Assembly (NCBI RefSeq): GCF_031769215.1
Contig: NW_026782111.1
Location: forward strand, 992,001-1,056,000
Direction: 5' to 3'
Length of the DNA: 64,000 nucleotides
Source of the DNA: Ylistrum balloti
Lineage: Eukaryota
A program made the position numbers and the translations under genes. The notes under the pieces are model-generated. The model ran no database searches, was not told the origin of the DNA, and saw nothing but the letters and a program-made list of their open reading frames with translations. Every line of letters begins with the position of its first letter. The stretch's first letter is position 1. Positions 1-13,570 of this stretch are shown piece by piece.

Positions 1-1692
1 ATAATCTACACAACCATATAGAGATCAACTTACGTCATATATGAACTTAGTGCGTGTCATAACGAGCAGGAGAACAGTAACATGGAACATGTAAGTACAT
101 AACAGGGTTTAGTTTCACAAATAATTCTACTGGAAGTTTTGCATTTAAATGGAATAGGGCCACCGACAAATCCTAGGTACTGCCTTTGGGAATAGGCCAA
201 CTGTTCGATGGGATCGCCAAATACTTCTCGTGAGAGTTATCTCCCTTTTGCGCCGATACATGGGTTAGATAAAGACTTGACAACAAAGCATCTGGTATTT
301 ACGTAAACATATTGCTATTCTGCTAATTAAGTTTAAATATTAAGTCAAAGCAAAGAAATAAGAAAATATGGCATAAGTTTAGATATTTGATGATATTAAA
401 ATAATGTCAATTGTATGACTTCTTACCAAACTTCATTGTTCTGTGAAAAAAGAACTTTGGATGGAATTCATGTTTGAAAGTTAATTTTTTTAACTTTAAA
501 AAAATAACGATTAAATAAATGAGAAAATGAAACAAACAACAACGCATTATTTGTATTGATTTTGTCTTTCATGAAACATTTAAATCAGCTTAACGACACA
601 ACCAGACAGTTCAATTAATTATATCGTATTAAACAACTCCCGTGACATCTATTTTTTTCTACCATGTTTACCAACCAGCTGTGGAATAATGGAATGCGAT
701 CCTAGCTGTAACTAGATATAACGTATCCCATTTAAACAGATATGAAAAAACAACTGCATAAGTAACTAGCTGAACTACGTTGCTACTTTAACTTCGGTAA
801 AAAATATTTAAAAATAGTGATGAGCAACATATACCGACATGCAGCCCTTTCCGTTTGTTGTATAGGCACAACAAACGACAAAGCGTAAAAAAGAGATATA
901 GCAAAATCACGCCAAAATGAAGCGAAAAAGTGAGAAAGGGAAAAGTGTCAAAGCGAAATAAAGAAAAAAAATCAAACTAAAGTTAAAAAATGAAAACCCG
1001 TAAAGCGCAATAACGATAACCACGCCGCAAAATATAAGTGAAAAAAAAAAACCAAACGAAACAGAAAACCCGTTAAAGCGACGAAGTGAAATAACGAAAC
1101 GTACATTAAAAAATTGTGTATATATTAGCTCACTAAAATGATATCATTTGAACTATTTTCATTTGAATTTATAGAAAGCTAATATGTCTTGTTTATAACA
1201 GAATTTACCCAGCAGTTGCCGTAACATTATACACAATCCCGTGTGTATGATAATGACTCTCGGACCAGAAAGATAACATTACTGAGATATCACGCATTCT
1301 CCACCGAAGGCGATATTCTCATTAGCATGTATGTGAATTAAAGATATTAATCAGATCATGTTTTATTAATTTTTCGGAAACATAGGCTGTTTTGCGTCGG
1401 TAATAATAGGCGTTGCCAGTTAATTTTAAATGCATAGTACACATTATACTGGTTTTATAATTCTATTTAAATATTCGCATTTGAAACTTGAAATACATCA
1501 AACATTTGTTTCTACTTAAAATTCATTTCGGTAGCTTTATCATGTAATCCTACAATACGATCGATAACGGTTATATCTCTACACAGGAAACTGATCTTGT
1601 TAAGGTTAATCATTGAACTTAATTTATTGTTATATAAAAATACCATATTATTGCTTGTTGTTACCATTCCCTCGGCGCTAAGTACAATTTTC

Positions 1693-2350
1693 CGATCACT
1701 TCGTGTTAAGCGTCATTTCTGCTTCCTTCAGTGTTACGTGAAGCTCATCATTCCCTAAGTGTTAAGTGTTACTCCACATTGTCTCAGTGTTAAGTGTTAT
1801 TCCTCATTCTTTCAGTGTTAGGTGTACCTCATCATCCCCTCACTGTTAAGTGTAGCTCATCATTCCCTCAGTGTTAAGTATAACTCCTCATACTCTAACT
1901 TTTAAGTATAACTTCTCATTCCCCCAGTGTTAAGTACAACATCTCATTCCCCCAGTGTTAAGTACAACTTCTCATTCCCTCAGTGTTAAGTACAACTTCT
2001 CATTCCCCCAGTGTTAAGTACAACATCTCATTCTCTCAGTGTTAAGTACAACTTCCCTCAGTGTTTACAACCTCATTCCCCCAGTGTTAAGTACAACATC
2101 TCATTCTCTCAGTGTTAAGTACAACTTCTCACAGTGTTAAGTACAACATCTCATTCTCTCAGTGTCAAGTACAACTTCTCATTCCCTCAGTGTTAAGTAC
2201 AACTTCTCATTCTCTCAGTGTTAAGTACAACTTCTCATTCCCTCAGTGTTAAGTACAACATCTCATTCTCTCAGTGTCAAGTACAACTTCTCATTCCCTC
2301 AGTGTTAAGTACAACATCTCATTCTCTCAGTGTTAAGTATTACTCCTCAT
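1693..2350. repeat. 28-bp minisatellite (CAGTGTTAAGTACAAC[A/T]TCTCATT[C/T]C[C/T]), degenerate at the left end and homogeneous at the right
   Basis: CAGTG unit starts at 1925, 1953, 1981 and 2009 (period 28). Explains ORF 2218..2400. Confidence 0.95.
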
Positions 2351-5036
2351 CCCTTTTTACTATCAAATCACCAATAGCCATGCCACTACCACCAAATTAA
2401 CCATTGCCCGTTTCTCTGATAACAGGTCGACCCGACTTTTCTGGACAAGGTAACATCTGTAAATACTTCATTTGTATATATAATACATTAGGGAGAATAA
2501 TGTTTACCGCTACTTGTGGTTGTAAAAAACAGAGTTAACGTCTGTTGGGGATCACCTTCCCAGTGACCGGGATTGTTGGTCCATTTCGGGCCGAACCATC
2601 AGGTGTTCTATGGCGCCAACTAATTAGACGGACCCGCACAGCCCCTACAACTGTCACTACTTCAATATTTTATTGGTTTGGTTACTCTTCAAAAGTTGCC
2701 AATCCCAAACAAAATCAATATTTCCCAGTAGTGGCCTGGTTGGAAGTTGTCAAAAAGTGGGAGTGGGTGAAGGGATGTGGAAAGGTCAAGAATTTTGAAA
2801 ACTTTGCTATTTCCGCGAAATTAACAAGTAGCACGTGCTAATAATCAACATTTCGATATCTCCAATATGTCCGAATACCATTACATATGTAAGAGGTAAC
2901 TTGTAAGTATAAAACCGGAGCGAGCAAGGAAGGAATTTTCCGGAATTCCTAAACACCTGCTATTGGATGAATGATTCAATGAATGTAATGCAAAGTATGT
3001 TCAATGTAATCATACGTAAGTTTTATGTTGGATTTATTAAATTCTATTTCTATTTTTAACTGACTTTTAGTAGCAAGGCTGGTGATCACGCGCGCTAAAA
3101 TTATGTAATATGTTAATTTAGTCTCCAGACGGAAATATAAATCGACATCACGCGGTCAAAAAAATACAACTATTTATACCTAAACAACTTCTAAATTCTC
3201 TGTCAAATGTATATATTAAAAAGAAACAGCTTATATGATAACAAATGTGTTGTAGTTGGGGAAGGGGAAAGGGGGTTTGTCAAAAATACCTTCTCCCACT
3301 CTCCCATTCTAAAGGAAATTGTGGGTGTGGTAGGAACAAATATTAGATAGTAGTCATTATTTGTTCCGAATTGATCTTATTGTTAATTCATGAAACTTGC
3401 AATGCCAAGAGTTAAAGAATGTTTACCTATCTTGAAGGTATGAAAACGAATAATGAACCCAGGGCTCTGTCGGAGGTTGGATATATATGAATTCGTCCGG
3501 AGGGTTGGGATTTTATTAAAGTATCGGAATTTTTATTCGCTCTCACCATTTTCGTCTGTATGACTACACGTATAAAAAAATTAGTCCTTTCTACCATTTT
3601 CACCAATCGTACACCCTGACATGTGGCTTATTCTGGTTCAAACCGTAAGCGCGTGTAATCTGCCATATCCTAAACAGGAGACAAAACAGTTCACCCCAAA
3701 TGTATGGTAAAAGAAACATCAACCAAACACTGAAGTTCATCTCATTTTAATATACATGACAAAATATTCCCGGTGATGGCATGATATATGTATCGAATAA
3801 TCTTATTTTTGTCTGCTGGACTTGGACGCCGCCATTTTGAAATCCGTTCCTCCTATCAACTGCATCTCACGTGATCTTTTGAATTACCCATGACGCAAAG
3901 CATGTTAAGTGGGTCAGACAGCGGACTGGTTTCAGGACTATACCCAAGAAGGTTACGGGAATTCCACACAAACCGTTATCAAACATGCATATGCATCCTA
4001 AGATTTTGAATCTAAATTTCAGTTTGGAATGTTCAATAAAAATTATTAAAAACGAAAAGAATTGATGAAGTATAAAAGTTTAAGTTGGTAAATAGTCACT
4101 TTCTGTCTAGACATACTCTCGCGATGGCAGACATCTTTCGTTATCGAATGCAATTTTGGGTGCAGAACGATCGTTTTAACAAGTACTGTCGCGCCGTTGT
4201 TCCTCTAAACTTGAAAGTTTTATTACTTATCGGCCAAAAGATAGGACGTTTTCACAATAAACTGATAAAAAGGAAATAGTTTAAACGAGGAAGGTTAGAA
4301 GGAATAATGAATTTGATTCTGCAGGATCGTTAGCAAATAAATCCAGTTCTTTTTGAAGTTCCATTGAACTCAAGTCTTCATTGGCTTCAATTGGCCGTTT
4401 TACTTCATTTGATGACGAATGTCTACTTTTCATACAGGAAAGGTACATTGCGTCTCACATATCTACCTACAAACTAGGAAAAACCGTTCTATTGTCACTA
4501 TTGAAATACAAAGACATGTATACATGATTTTGGTAGTTAAGGGGTATAATTTAGAATTTGGAGATTATTAACCATTGTGGAAATGGGAATTTATGGTTTA
4601 TTTTGAGAAATGTAGAAATTTTGGACATGCCTTTTTGTCAGGATAGGGTAAAAATGTATGACATACATGGAAATTGTAGGAATTAGATATGACAATGTTG
4701 TGGTTAGATTGATAAGTACTTTTTATAGAAAGCATCATTTAAATTATGTTGAGTAAAACATTCATTAGCTCTGTTTAGGGGCAAACTTCTCCTATTTTGG
4801 ATGTTTTCAGTAAATTTTCTTGAAAGGAAATTTCCTTATATTCAGAAGAAAATTGGGAATTCGTATTGAATTTTCCTGAACTGTATGAGGTTGAAAAATG
4901 GTGGTTTTTGGGTACATTATGAGATTTCGAGGTCGTGTGATACTGAAACTGAGCATGGATTAAAAAAAATTATACTCTCTGCTGTTAAATCATGTTTGAC
5001 CATGACTTCTGTTGACGACCGGCCTGTTGTAATACA

Positions 5037-5178
5037 ACTCACTCACTCACTCACGCACGCACGCACGCTCGCTCGCTCGCTCACTCACTCACTCACTCAC
5101 TCACTCACTCACTCAACCAGCCCGCCCGCCCGCCCGCCCGCTCACTCACTCGCTCGCTCGCTCACTCGCTCGCTCACT
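5037..5178. repeat. Compound tetranucleotide microsatellite (ACTC)n/(GCAC)n/(GCTC)n/(CCCG)n
   Basis: Read directly from the sequence. Explains the HSLT-repeat tail of ORF 4885..5190. Confidence 0.95.
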
Positions 5179-6432
5179 ATATCTAATTAACTAACCACTA
5201 TCTAATTAACAAATAACTGATAACTTACTAACACTAACTAATACTGACTACTATAGATCATAACTGTATCTAATTGCTTATTGTATATTGGCTTGCATAG
5301 TATGCAGCGACATCACACCGAGACAGAAATTAACATATTGAACAGAAAAAGCAACTAGTTCCACTCTGTAGCACGGGAATTCTTAATTATTCTCGTAGTA
5401 GTTTTCCATCATTTTATTGTTTGCAATAAACATGTGTATAATGTATTTAACAAGAAACTTAAACACTTATATGCGATATGTAGCTCTAACGAAATCGTTT
5501 CAGTTAATATTGAAAAGCCTGTTGTGAGCCGCAGAACTCTCCTGTGGGGAGGTTTCTTTTGTTTAATTTGCCGCCATATCGCCCACAAAACTGTCTGTTT
5601 GAGAAATATTGGTTAATTAAACGACTTCAAATGCGAGTCGTAAAATCTTTATTAAGTCATCAGTGTATAATTAATGCGACAAACTTATTGCAGTTAATTA
5701 GCTCAATTAAGATAAGTTTTGATGTTGAAATGTTTCGTTTTTCCCTAGTGTTTGAGTTACTGGTATATGGTGGTGCTTTAGTAAACAACTTTCTACATCA
5801 CCAATCAACATCGTTATCTGGTATTCGTGAACACATTAAGAAACCAATTAAAACAATATACCTCTGTATTTATCGCATTGGGAATTTGCGCTTAAAACTC
5901 CAACGATATCAGTATTGATTAATTTTAAGAGGATTTTTTTTCAATCGACACGAAACAAAAACAATTTTAAAAGTTTTTTTCCGTTTCTTGATCGCGATTA
6001 TTTTTAAATCGAAAACATGTTTTTTTCTGCTAATGACCCGCTCAGTAATCAGTATATCTATCCAGTGACAGGCAATGCAGCTAGAAACTGTATATTCTCG
6101 TCGATACCTCCCCAAAGACTCGTTCTGGATGAAATCTTCATATTATGATTAAGTTATTTCAAATATTGAGTCAGAACTATGTTTTTGATAGTTGTGTATC
6201 TATATATTTCCTTGTCTCTAAAAAATGCCCTGCAGAAAAAAAGAAAATAATAAATAAAAGCTGTCATATATTAAGTATTAACCTTTAGAAAAAATGTGAA
6301 ATTTTCTCTTTGTGGTGAATTCAAGTCTATGCTTAAATGTAATAAAGTGTTTAATGGTCACATTTAAAGCTGCACGTCTCCCACATGACAGAAACCTGTC
6401 TCTGTTATGTTTACGATATCGACGTGTTTATC

Positions 6433-6446
6433 GTTACCATGGCAAC
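6433..6446. promoter_or_regulatory. Perfect RFX X-box (GTTACCATGGCAAC)
   Basis: Matches the GTHNYY-AT-RRNAAC consensus. No associated gene was identified. Confidence 0.45.
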
Positions 6447-7627
6447 TGGTTATTCTTGTAACCGGTCATTAGTAATAATCTTTCTAATGTCTCAATTTAT
6501 CTAAAATAATCACTATAGGTGCCATTAGGATATACAAAGATAAATAGAATCTCCAGTTTATAAATATATTGAAAAGATTTGTCTATTGTAAAATATATAA
6601 ATACCCGCAGCTTTAATAAGACATTTCGTCTAACAAAAAAATTAAAGGATATTAAGATATCTTATTTCATGTGCCTCATTTAACGTAATTTTGGAAATAT
6701 ATGATTTACATATTCCTTTCAAGGATCCGAGAATTTTCACGTTAACTGCCATTGTATAAATCATTTCGTTTCGCTAACATTACAGTGCACAAGACAGTCT
6801 GAATACGTTCTGTCGGGAGATTACCATACATGGAAGAAAGAGTTAGGCACTTTCTTTTATAACTCTAACCTTGAATTAATCAATCACCATAGCATATCCA
6901 TTGCTGTCATATTTCAGTTTTAGCGCTTCATTTACAAAACGTTGGTATCTGTTGCATTATCATAAACGCTTTGAATACACAGTTCAATTATCGATTTTGT
7001 ATCTAAAATAATTTGCCTTTTCCTACATCATGCACATTATATCCTAAAATAAATCTTTCGCCTTCTTGGAGGTGAGATAGAGGGATCTCAACCCACGGGA
7101 AAAGATTATTAAGTAGGCAAACACGCGGCGTGCCGAGGGGCTGACTGATTATTTCTGTTACTCAGCTAGCCATCTTGTGTTTGTGGTTTTGTTAACGTGA
7201 TTTGACGTTAAAGATATGACTAAAAAACTAAAGTAGGACAAGACAGGGAATTTAGATGTGCTCCGAAAAGTGATCAAGATTAAAATAATTGGGTCGTTTT
7301 TTCAATGCACGAAATCTTGTCATTTTCTCTCAGTGATAACAAACGTTAAACGTATAAAAGTAATTAACTATGTATGGTTTTCCTATCTACTACGTCGGGG
7401 TTCCGGGTATTCTCGTTTCCCCTACAGTAAAAAAACTTCCCGCGCTTCAATGCGGACACATAAAAATGTTTGATATACGCTGAGAGTTTGCTCTCAATGA
7501 TTGTGAAATCAACTAATTTTATGGTTTATGTATAACAGCGTATATTGACCTGTCCTTAAAAACATATAAATGATGTACTTGTTTTTCTGTTTGTATGTGA
7601 CAGGTGTTTTGGGTGTTGAACCTTGGA

Positions 7628-7662
7628 GGGGGGTTGGGGGGTTGGGGGTTGGGGTTTGGGGG
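7628..7662 (+). other. G-quadruplex-forming tract G6TTG6TTG5TTG4TTTG5, followed by AP-1 (TGAGTCA, 7669-7675) and CRE (TGACGTCA, 7706-7713) motifs
   Basis: Five G-runs of at least 4 nt with 2-3 nt loops. Confidence 0.7.
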
Positions 7663-8423
7663 CATGTCTGAGTCATTCACCCGTCCTTGTATACGGAATA
7701 CGGTATGACGTCATCACAGGTATTGTTTGTTTATTGCCAAAGTAATCGTTTTATGATGTTGTTAAGATTGCTGGTTTCATCGTCAACGAAAATTTTAATG
7801 TCATTTTACAGGATTCCTGGAATGACTATCTAAAAGCATGTCTTTTTTGGTTTTTAACTTGCGAGAAAAGAAATCAATTTTATACATTTAGTATATGTTC
7901 AGATCGAACGGCAGGAGACTTGCTTTGTAAGATAACTCGATTGTAAGATAATTTCCAACTGTATCATAGAACTTATAGTAATGTTGAAAAACGACAGGTT
8001 TTATATCCATTCAATATTTGAATAATTTTGTATCTAATTTACAGGAATTTTATTTAAAACAAAATTGGTTTATTGAATATGAATAATAAAAATATTGATT
8101 ACAAAACAACTGAAACAATATATCTATGAAACCATGAAAATGACTTCTTACAAAACAGATCGATAAGTAATAACCGGGAAGCTATACACCATATCGACTA
8201 AAAGTGAAAACTTACAACATGCACAAAATCCCAATTAAATGGAAATGACGTGAAACTATTTTTAAAAGCAGTTAATGCGGCATGAATGTCCGCGATATCA
8301 GCCAATGAGATGTACGGAGTTATTGACGTTTGAGGGCGTGTTTTAAGAATTTTCAGACTGTCATTAATATTGACGACATAGAACAATGAATAACTGACAA
8401 AATTTAAACAGTATTGTCACGTA

Positions 8424-8720
8424 TCAAATTTCAGTTCATTTTCCGCGGCCATCACTAAGGAAAAGAACTAAAATTGAAAGTCTGTCAGTTTTGGTAAATC
8501 AAAGGGCCATAAAAAAAGTCAACCGGAGAAAGAGTGAACTTAACCTGCATCTACTCATAATATAATTACATGTCAAATTTCAGTTCAATAGTTTGGTTAT
8601 GGTTTGTAACAAAATGGTTGCAAACTGATATCTTAACATGTTCGGAGTTCAAGGGCCATAACTCTGGAAAATAAAATCGACAAAATCAAACAAAAAGGTA
8701 ACCTAGACAATTACAGAACA
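8424..8720. repeat. Two ~149-bp monomers of a bivalve-type satellite / Helitron-Helentron core repeat
   Basis: TCAAATTTCAGTTCA recurs at 8424 and 8573, and AAGGGCCATAA at 8502 and 8651. The family assignment rests on recalled motif similarity. Confidence 0.6.
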
Positions 8721-9692
8721 AATTTCATTTCCGCATCGTCGTTGTTGAGTGAATTGTTGTGACTGGTTGATGGACCTGAGCAATCCTAAACAATCCTACA
8801 TTTGGAATGGTCAGGTCATGGCGGTTCATGGTAGGGACATAAAAAAAATTGTTTACGTATATGTACCATCCTTACCAGCACATGAATAACGGCCGAGAGT
8901 AGTCAATCACCCGGGATCAAAACAAAATCTCCTAACATGCAAATTAACAACACAGAATTGTATATATGTGGATATGGCTGTGTAATGCGATGTCTCGTGA
9001 ATGATTCGCGGGGTACTTGTGTGCTTCATGACCTCAATAATGATGACTGGGGACCCCCAGTGATCGATAACGGAGCCTTCGTGGTCCTATACAATTGGTA
9101 ATCAATGACAAATAACGGGGTTTTAGTATACAAGGCATTGATGGATAGCTTTATTTGATGCGTTTAACATTATCAAGCATGCATATCTTACAAGAAACAA
9201 GGCATTTCATGATAACAGGCTTAATGACGCTGAGAAAGAAAAAAATGTCCCCAGCGGTCAGCTCACAAGGCACGAGCCCCATGTATCCGCACTCCTGAAT
9301 CAACCCGGGAAACTACTCGTGCGGAAAAAATCCCATCACTCATTGTTAGTTACCGTCTGTTGATTTCAAGAGAGATCGTTATTTTGTTGTATAGACGGAA
9401 GTACGGAAGAGGTGGTGAAATAATGACTTCAAACGTGATCGTTTTACGGAAACTTATCATTTTTCTTCAAACGAAATATCATCTTTTATATTTCAATGTA
9501 TTCGTCGAAGCATTCTCCGTATTGTGGTCGGTGATTTCCGTTTGATTTTAATGATAATAGTAATATCAATTATTGACCTGCATCAAATTAGCGCCCTCTA
9601 AATAGTTAAGTGTGATACCTCTAGAAATCACGTGTTCAGCGGACACGAACTATCTCCTTCTAAGGGAAAAGAACTAACTGCCCGTATAGATT

Positions 9693-10010
9693 ATGAACTT
9701 TTCCCCTGTAGAAAACATGAACTATCTCCATGTAGGAATCATGAACCATCTCTCTGTAGAAATCATGAACCATGAACTTTTTCTCTGTAGGAATCATGAA
9801 CTATCTCTGTGTGGAAATCATGAACTTTTTCTCTGTAGAAGTCATGAATTATCTCCCTTTAGGAAACATGACCTCTCTCTCTGTAGGAATCATGACCTCT
9901 CTCTCTCTCTCTGTAGGAATCATGACCTCTTTCCCTGTATAAATCATGAACTATCTCCCTGTAGATAACATGAGCTTTCTCCCTATAGGAACCATGAACT
10001 TTTTTCTGTG
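9693..10010. repeat. 24-bp minisatellite (ATGAACTWTCTCYCTGTAGGAATC), about 13 units
   Basis: Periodicity is directly visible. Explains ORF 9693..9968. Confidence 0.93.
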
Positions 10011-12319
10011 GGGCAACGTATGGGTTATAGGATGAAGCCTCTCAAAACTAATTCCTTCCACTGGACAATATTTCATATATATATATATAAATTACTGATA
10101 CCTCCCAGCGGCTAGGAGAAAATTTATCGTTCAGATTCGAAAGTATATGCATGTACCGAAACGTTTTATCTGTGACAAAACGTTAAAGATAACTAATATA
10201 TTCCAGAACGTGTTTTAAAGATTAGGCACGTTCATATATGTAAAATCTGCTTACATTGGAAATTTAGCCATTTAAACCGATTCGTTTTAAGTTTGACCCA
10301 GAGACATTTCAAACCATTCATATTTTACTGATATAACATCGGTTCTCCATTATTTTTCAGTTTTTGGAAACGTCGATTTTTTTAACGCAGAAATACATTT
10401 TCAAAATGTGAAAAGAATTTACTTGAAATAAACGACAAAGACACGTGTCATTTAACAGTGGTAGATAAGGATTTCCTTAGCGACGTGGGATGTTTGTTGG
10501 TAAGTATCACCATCAAACTTTCTGTGTCTAAGTTATTTCTAAATGAATGTGACATCATGATTGCACGGCTGCTGATTACCATGCCTGTACATTGCCTTCG
10601 TTTCTCAACGTACCCTTATCTAGATCAAGTACGCAGTCTGTCTGTTCTATAACGGCTGTGTCCTAAATATAAGAAAAACACGGAGGCCTGAGATATGTCC
10701 GATGTCCGACCGTAAATGCTTGATTTAGAAATCGTAATCAATAGTTCGATACGGAAATCCCTGGCTTGATAGTGTAAAATTGAAGTTAAGAAGTAAACAT
10801 CCTGATATATCATATGTAACACCATTTTGGACGTGTGACAAGATAAGACAATGTCCTTTATTTGTCTTTGTAATGGCGTATCTGTCATCATAAATATGTA
10901 TGTAATAGTGAAATTCAATATTACAAGCGCTGTTTGTTTCTTTTGTTTTTTTTCTTTATTTTTTAAGTTCCATGACGTGTTCTCATGTTTAGAATTCAAG
11001 AACACATCTTCCCTAGACAGTGCAGTGAAACAAGAACTTCGGGATGAAAAGCGTTGTATTTTCTATTTTGACCAGTAAAATTGTAAACAAGATTTAAAAT
11101 TTAGAATAATTGTTAAAAGGTTTTATTTTCGAACAAAATGTTACGAAACATAAAAATAAGCCGCCACTTTAAATTTTCTCTCTGATTAAAACAGGTCTTT
11201 CGGGTTCTCGTGTCATGTGATAGCGGCGACATGATTACTTCCGGTCAGCATCGATTAAGAATATACCTGTATGGAGTTCCTAGATACATTAATGAGTCGA
11301 CATTACTACATGTAACTCTAAGAAAGTCAATATCAATTCCAACGTAGCTATTATCATACCACCCAAAACCAATTAACACCCTGATGAGATCGGTGTATTT
11401 TCACACAGGATGTGCCGACAAACTAACCAACAAATCATGACACGACTATTTTCCCGGAAAGTTTGTTTCCTGCAAACGACGTATGCAATTACAGTATATT
11501 TCATTGAAAAAAAGAAATGTCATTCATAAGCTACAGGCCTGTCACATGTGTTGAAGAAGAGTTCTTTATCATTCTCAATAATTGTCAAATATTATTGAAT
11601 ATTGCAATTCAGAAATTTTGAACGCTTTGAGGCACTATATCATTACCTATGTTTCGTAATTATCGAAACACTGCAGCATTATGACACCTTCAAGTTAGAA
11701 ATACTGATTATTATCTGTAAAATCAAAGTTATGCTGATACACATTTACTTATTGGCCGTTATATCCATTTGATTGATAAGCCTTTAATTATTCTGCCGAA
11801 ATCTGTTTCAGACCTGTCATTATTATGGATGGCTTTTAACGATCGTTGGTCTAATTATACGACGTTGACAATCCTATAACCTAAACAAGGTGCGTCGGCT
11901 TGCTGTACAAAACCTAAGATTCGTCACTCATGACAACTTCAGTCACATTGAAGGTTAACGGCCTCTTCATCTTCAAATACATGTTAATTAAACAGATCGT
12001 GAAACACATAATCAATTCTACATGACTTCACTTTAATGTTTGCAAAACATGCTGATGTGTATGATAAAAAATTCTTTCTCGAGATTTGAGTTTCACGCCA
12101 TCAAACAATCTTTTAAAATTAGATTTGAAAACTTTGCTTTGATGTCAAAGAAGTATTTGATGTTCGAAGATTTGGATTTGAATTATAAAGTTTTGATACG
12201 CAAACGTCAATATCCACACATAAAAAAACATTCCTTCCGAACTTTTTTTTTTGTCGTAGTCATAGAACACTTTTGTTTAGAAGGGATATTTGTTCTTTGA
12301 TGTCAGTTCCGCTTAAATA

Positions 12320-12445
12320 CATGTGAAGATACGAGGTGCGTTGTTCGACACTCCTTATCCGTCTGATTTTCCCGGGGATCTAAAAAAACCAGGCCGATCG
12401 GTGCTGGCATAGTTGTATCCTTGGGCAGGAAACTTTACCCTAAAA
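12320..12445 (+). mobile_element. Possible CORE/V-type SINE fragment running into the assembly gap
   Basis: TTGTATCCTTGGGCAGGAAACTTTACCCT resembles the conserved CORE-SINE segment GTGTCCTTGGGCAAGRCACTTWACC. Confidence 0.4.
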
Positions 12446-12737
12446 NNNNNNNNNNNNNNNNNNNNNNNNNNNNNNNNNNNNNNNNNNNNNNNNNNNNNNN
12501 NNNNNNNNNNNNNNNNNNNNNNNNNNNNNNNNNNNNNNNNNNNNNNNNNNNNNNNNNNNNNNNNNNNNNNNNNNNNNNNNNNNNNNNNNNNNNNNNNNNN
12601 NNNNNNNNNNNNNNNNNNNNNNNNNNNNNNNNNNNNNNNNNNNNNNNNNNNNNNNNNNNNNNNNNNNNNNNNNNNNNNNNNNNNNNNNNNNNNNNNNNNN
12701 NNNNNNNNNNNNNNNNNNNNNNNNNNNNNNNNNNNNN
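12446..12737. other. Assembly gap (N run)
   Basis: Run of N. Confidence 1.
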
Positions 12738-13199
12738 CAATGACGACGACGACGAACAACCTCACTGAAATTCGAATTACATGCCAATTATGCCATTTGT
12801 AGAACTAAATGGTTGCTTACATCTTGCAACATCACAAAAGTATGGTCTGTTACTTTCTATTGGTGACACTGAAATGCTATTAAAATGTTTATATAATTTT
12901 GTCCCTGATTAGCTTGTTTTGGTCTTTATTTGATTTATTGACGAATCGCTCAAAGGCTTAGGATTTACAAGTAAAAATCGGTGTCGATTAATGATTTGAG
13001 TTTACATAGTTCTATTTACAAACAATATGTCTGTTGTTTGGTGGTACGAACTTCCTGTATGGGACAGAGCGTTGTCTAGGGGAAATAAAAACAGTACATA
13101 GTGTGAACTAAGCATTCTTTTCAAATATGATTTATTCTAATTTCATATTGCTTGACCACAACGTGAGCGTTCATGCCGGCATAAATACATGGACGATAT

Positions 13200-13570
13200 C
13201 GTACGGGTACATTGGTAAAATAAACGAATGATGTCAAATAAATACAGTATAAGTTAAATAAGTATACCTTGGTGAACAATGTCGCTCAGACACATATGTT
13301 AAATAAGTATACTTTGGTGAACAATGTCGCTCAGACACATAGGTTAAATAAGTATACCTTGGTGAACAATGTCGCTCAGACACATATGTTAAATAAGTGA
13401 ACGATGCCGACGATAACTCGCGGATACCCTAGTAAAATACGTGTACAATGTCACACGGACACCGATTTTAAGATAAGTGAATGATGCCGACGATAACCTG
13501 CGGATACATTGGTAAAATAAGCTAATAATGTCATACAGGTACATAGGTTAAATAAGCGAATGATGTCGGG
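13200..13570. repeat. 45-bp tandem repeat (three near-identical copies from 13253) inside a degenerate composite array
   Basis: GTTAAATAAGTATACCTTGGTGAACAATGTCGCTCAGACACATA[T/G] is repeated, with related diverged units on both sides. Confidence 0.85.

Noticed and set aside
7628-7662. An interstitial telomere
   Set aside because: Irregular G-runs rather than TTAGGG repeats.
11376-11400. CTGATGA flanked by an ACACC/GGTGT stem
   Set aside because: No stem II-GAAA-stem III follows, so it is not a hammerhead. Other CTGATGA hits (38534, 41304, 44594) fail in the same way.
12355-12802. ORFs spanning N runs (also 57409-57704)
   Set aside because: Artefacts of assembly gaps.
12821-12868. Possible 48-nt minus-strand exon (SPIESNRPYFCDVAR) with good splice sites
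   Set aside because: No convincing neighbouring exons could be chained.
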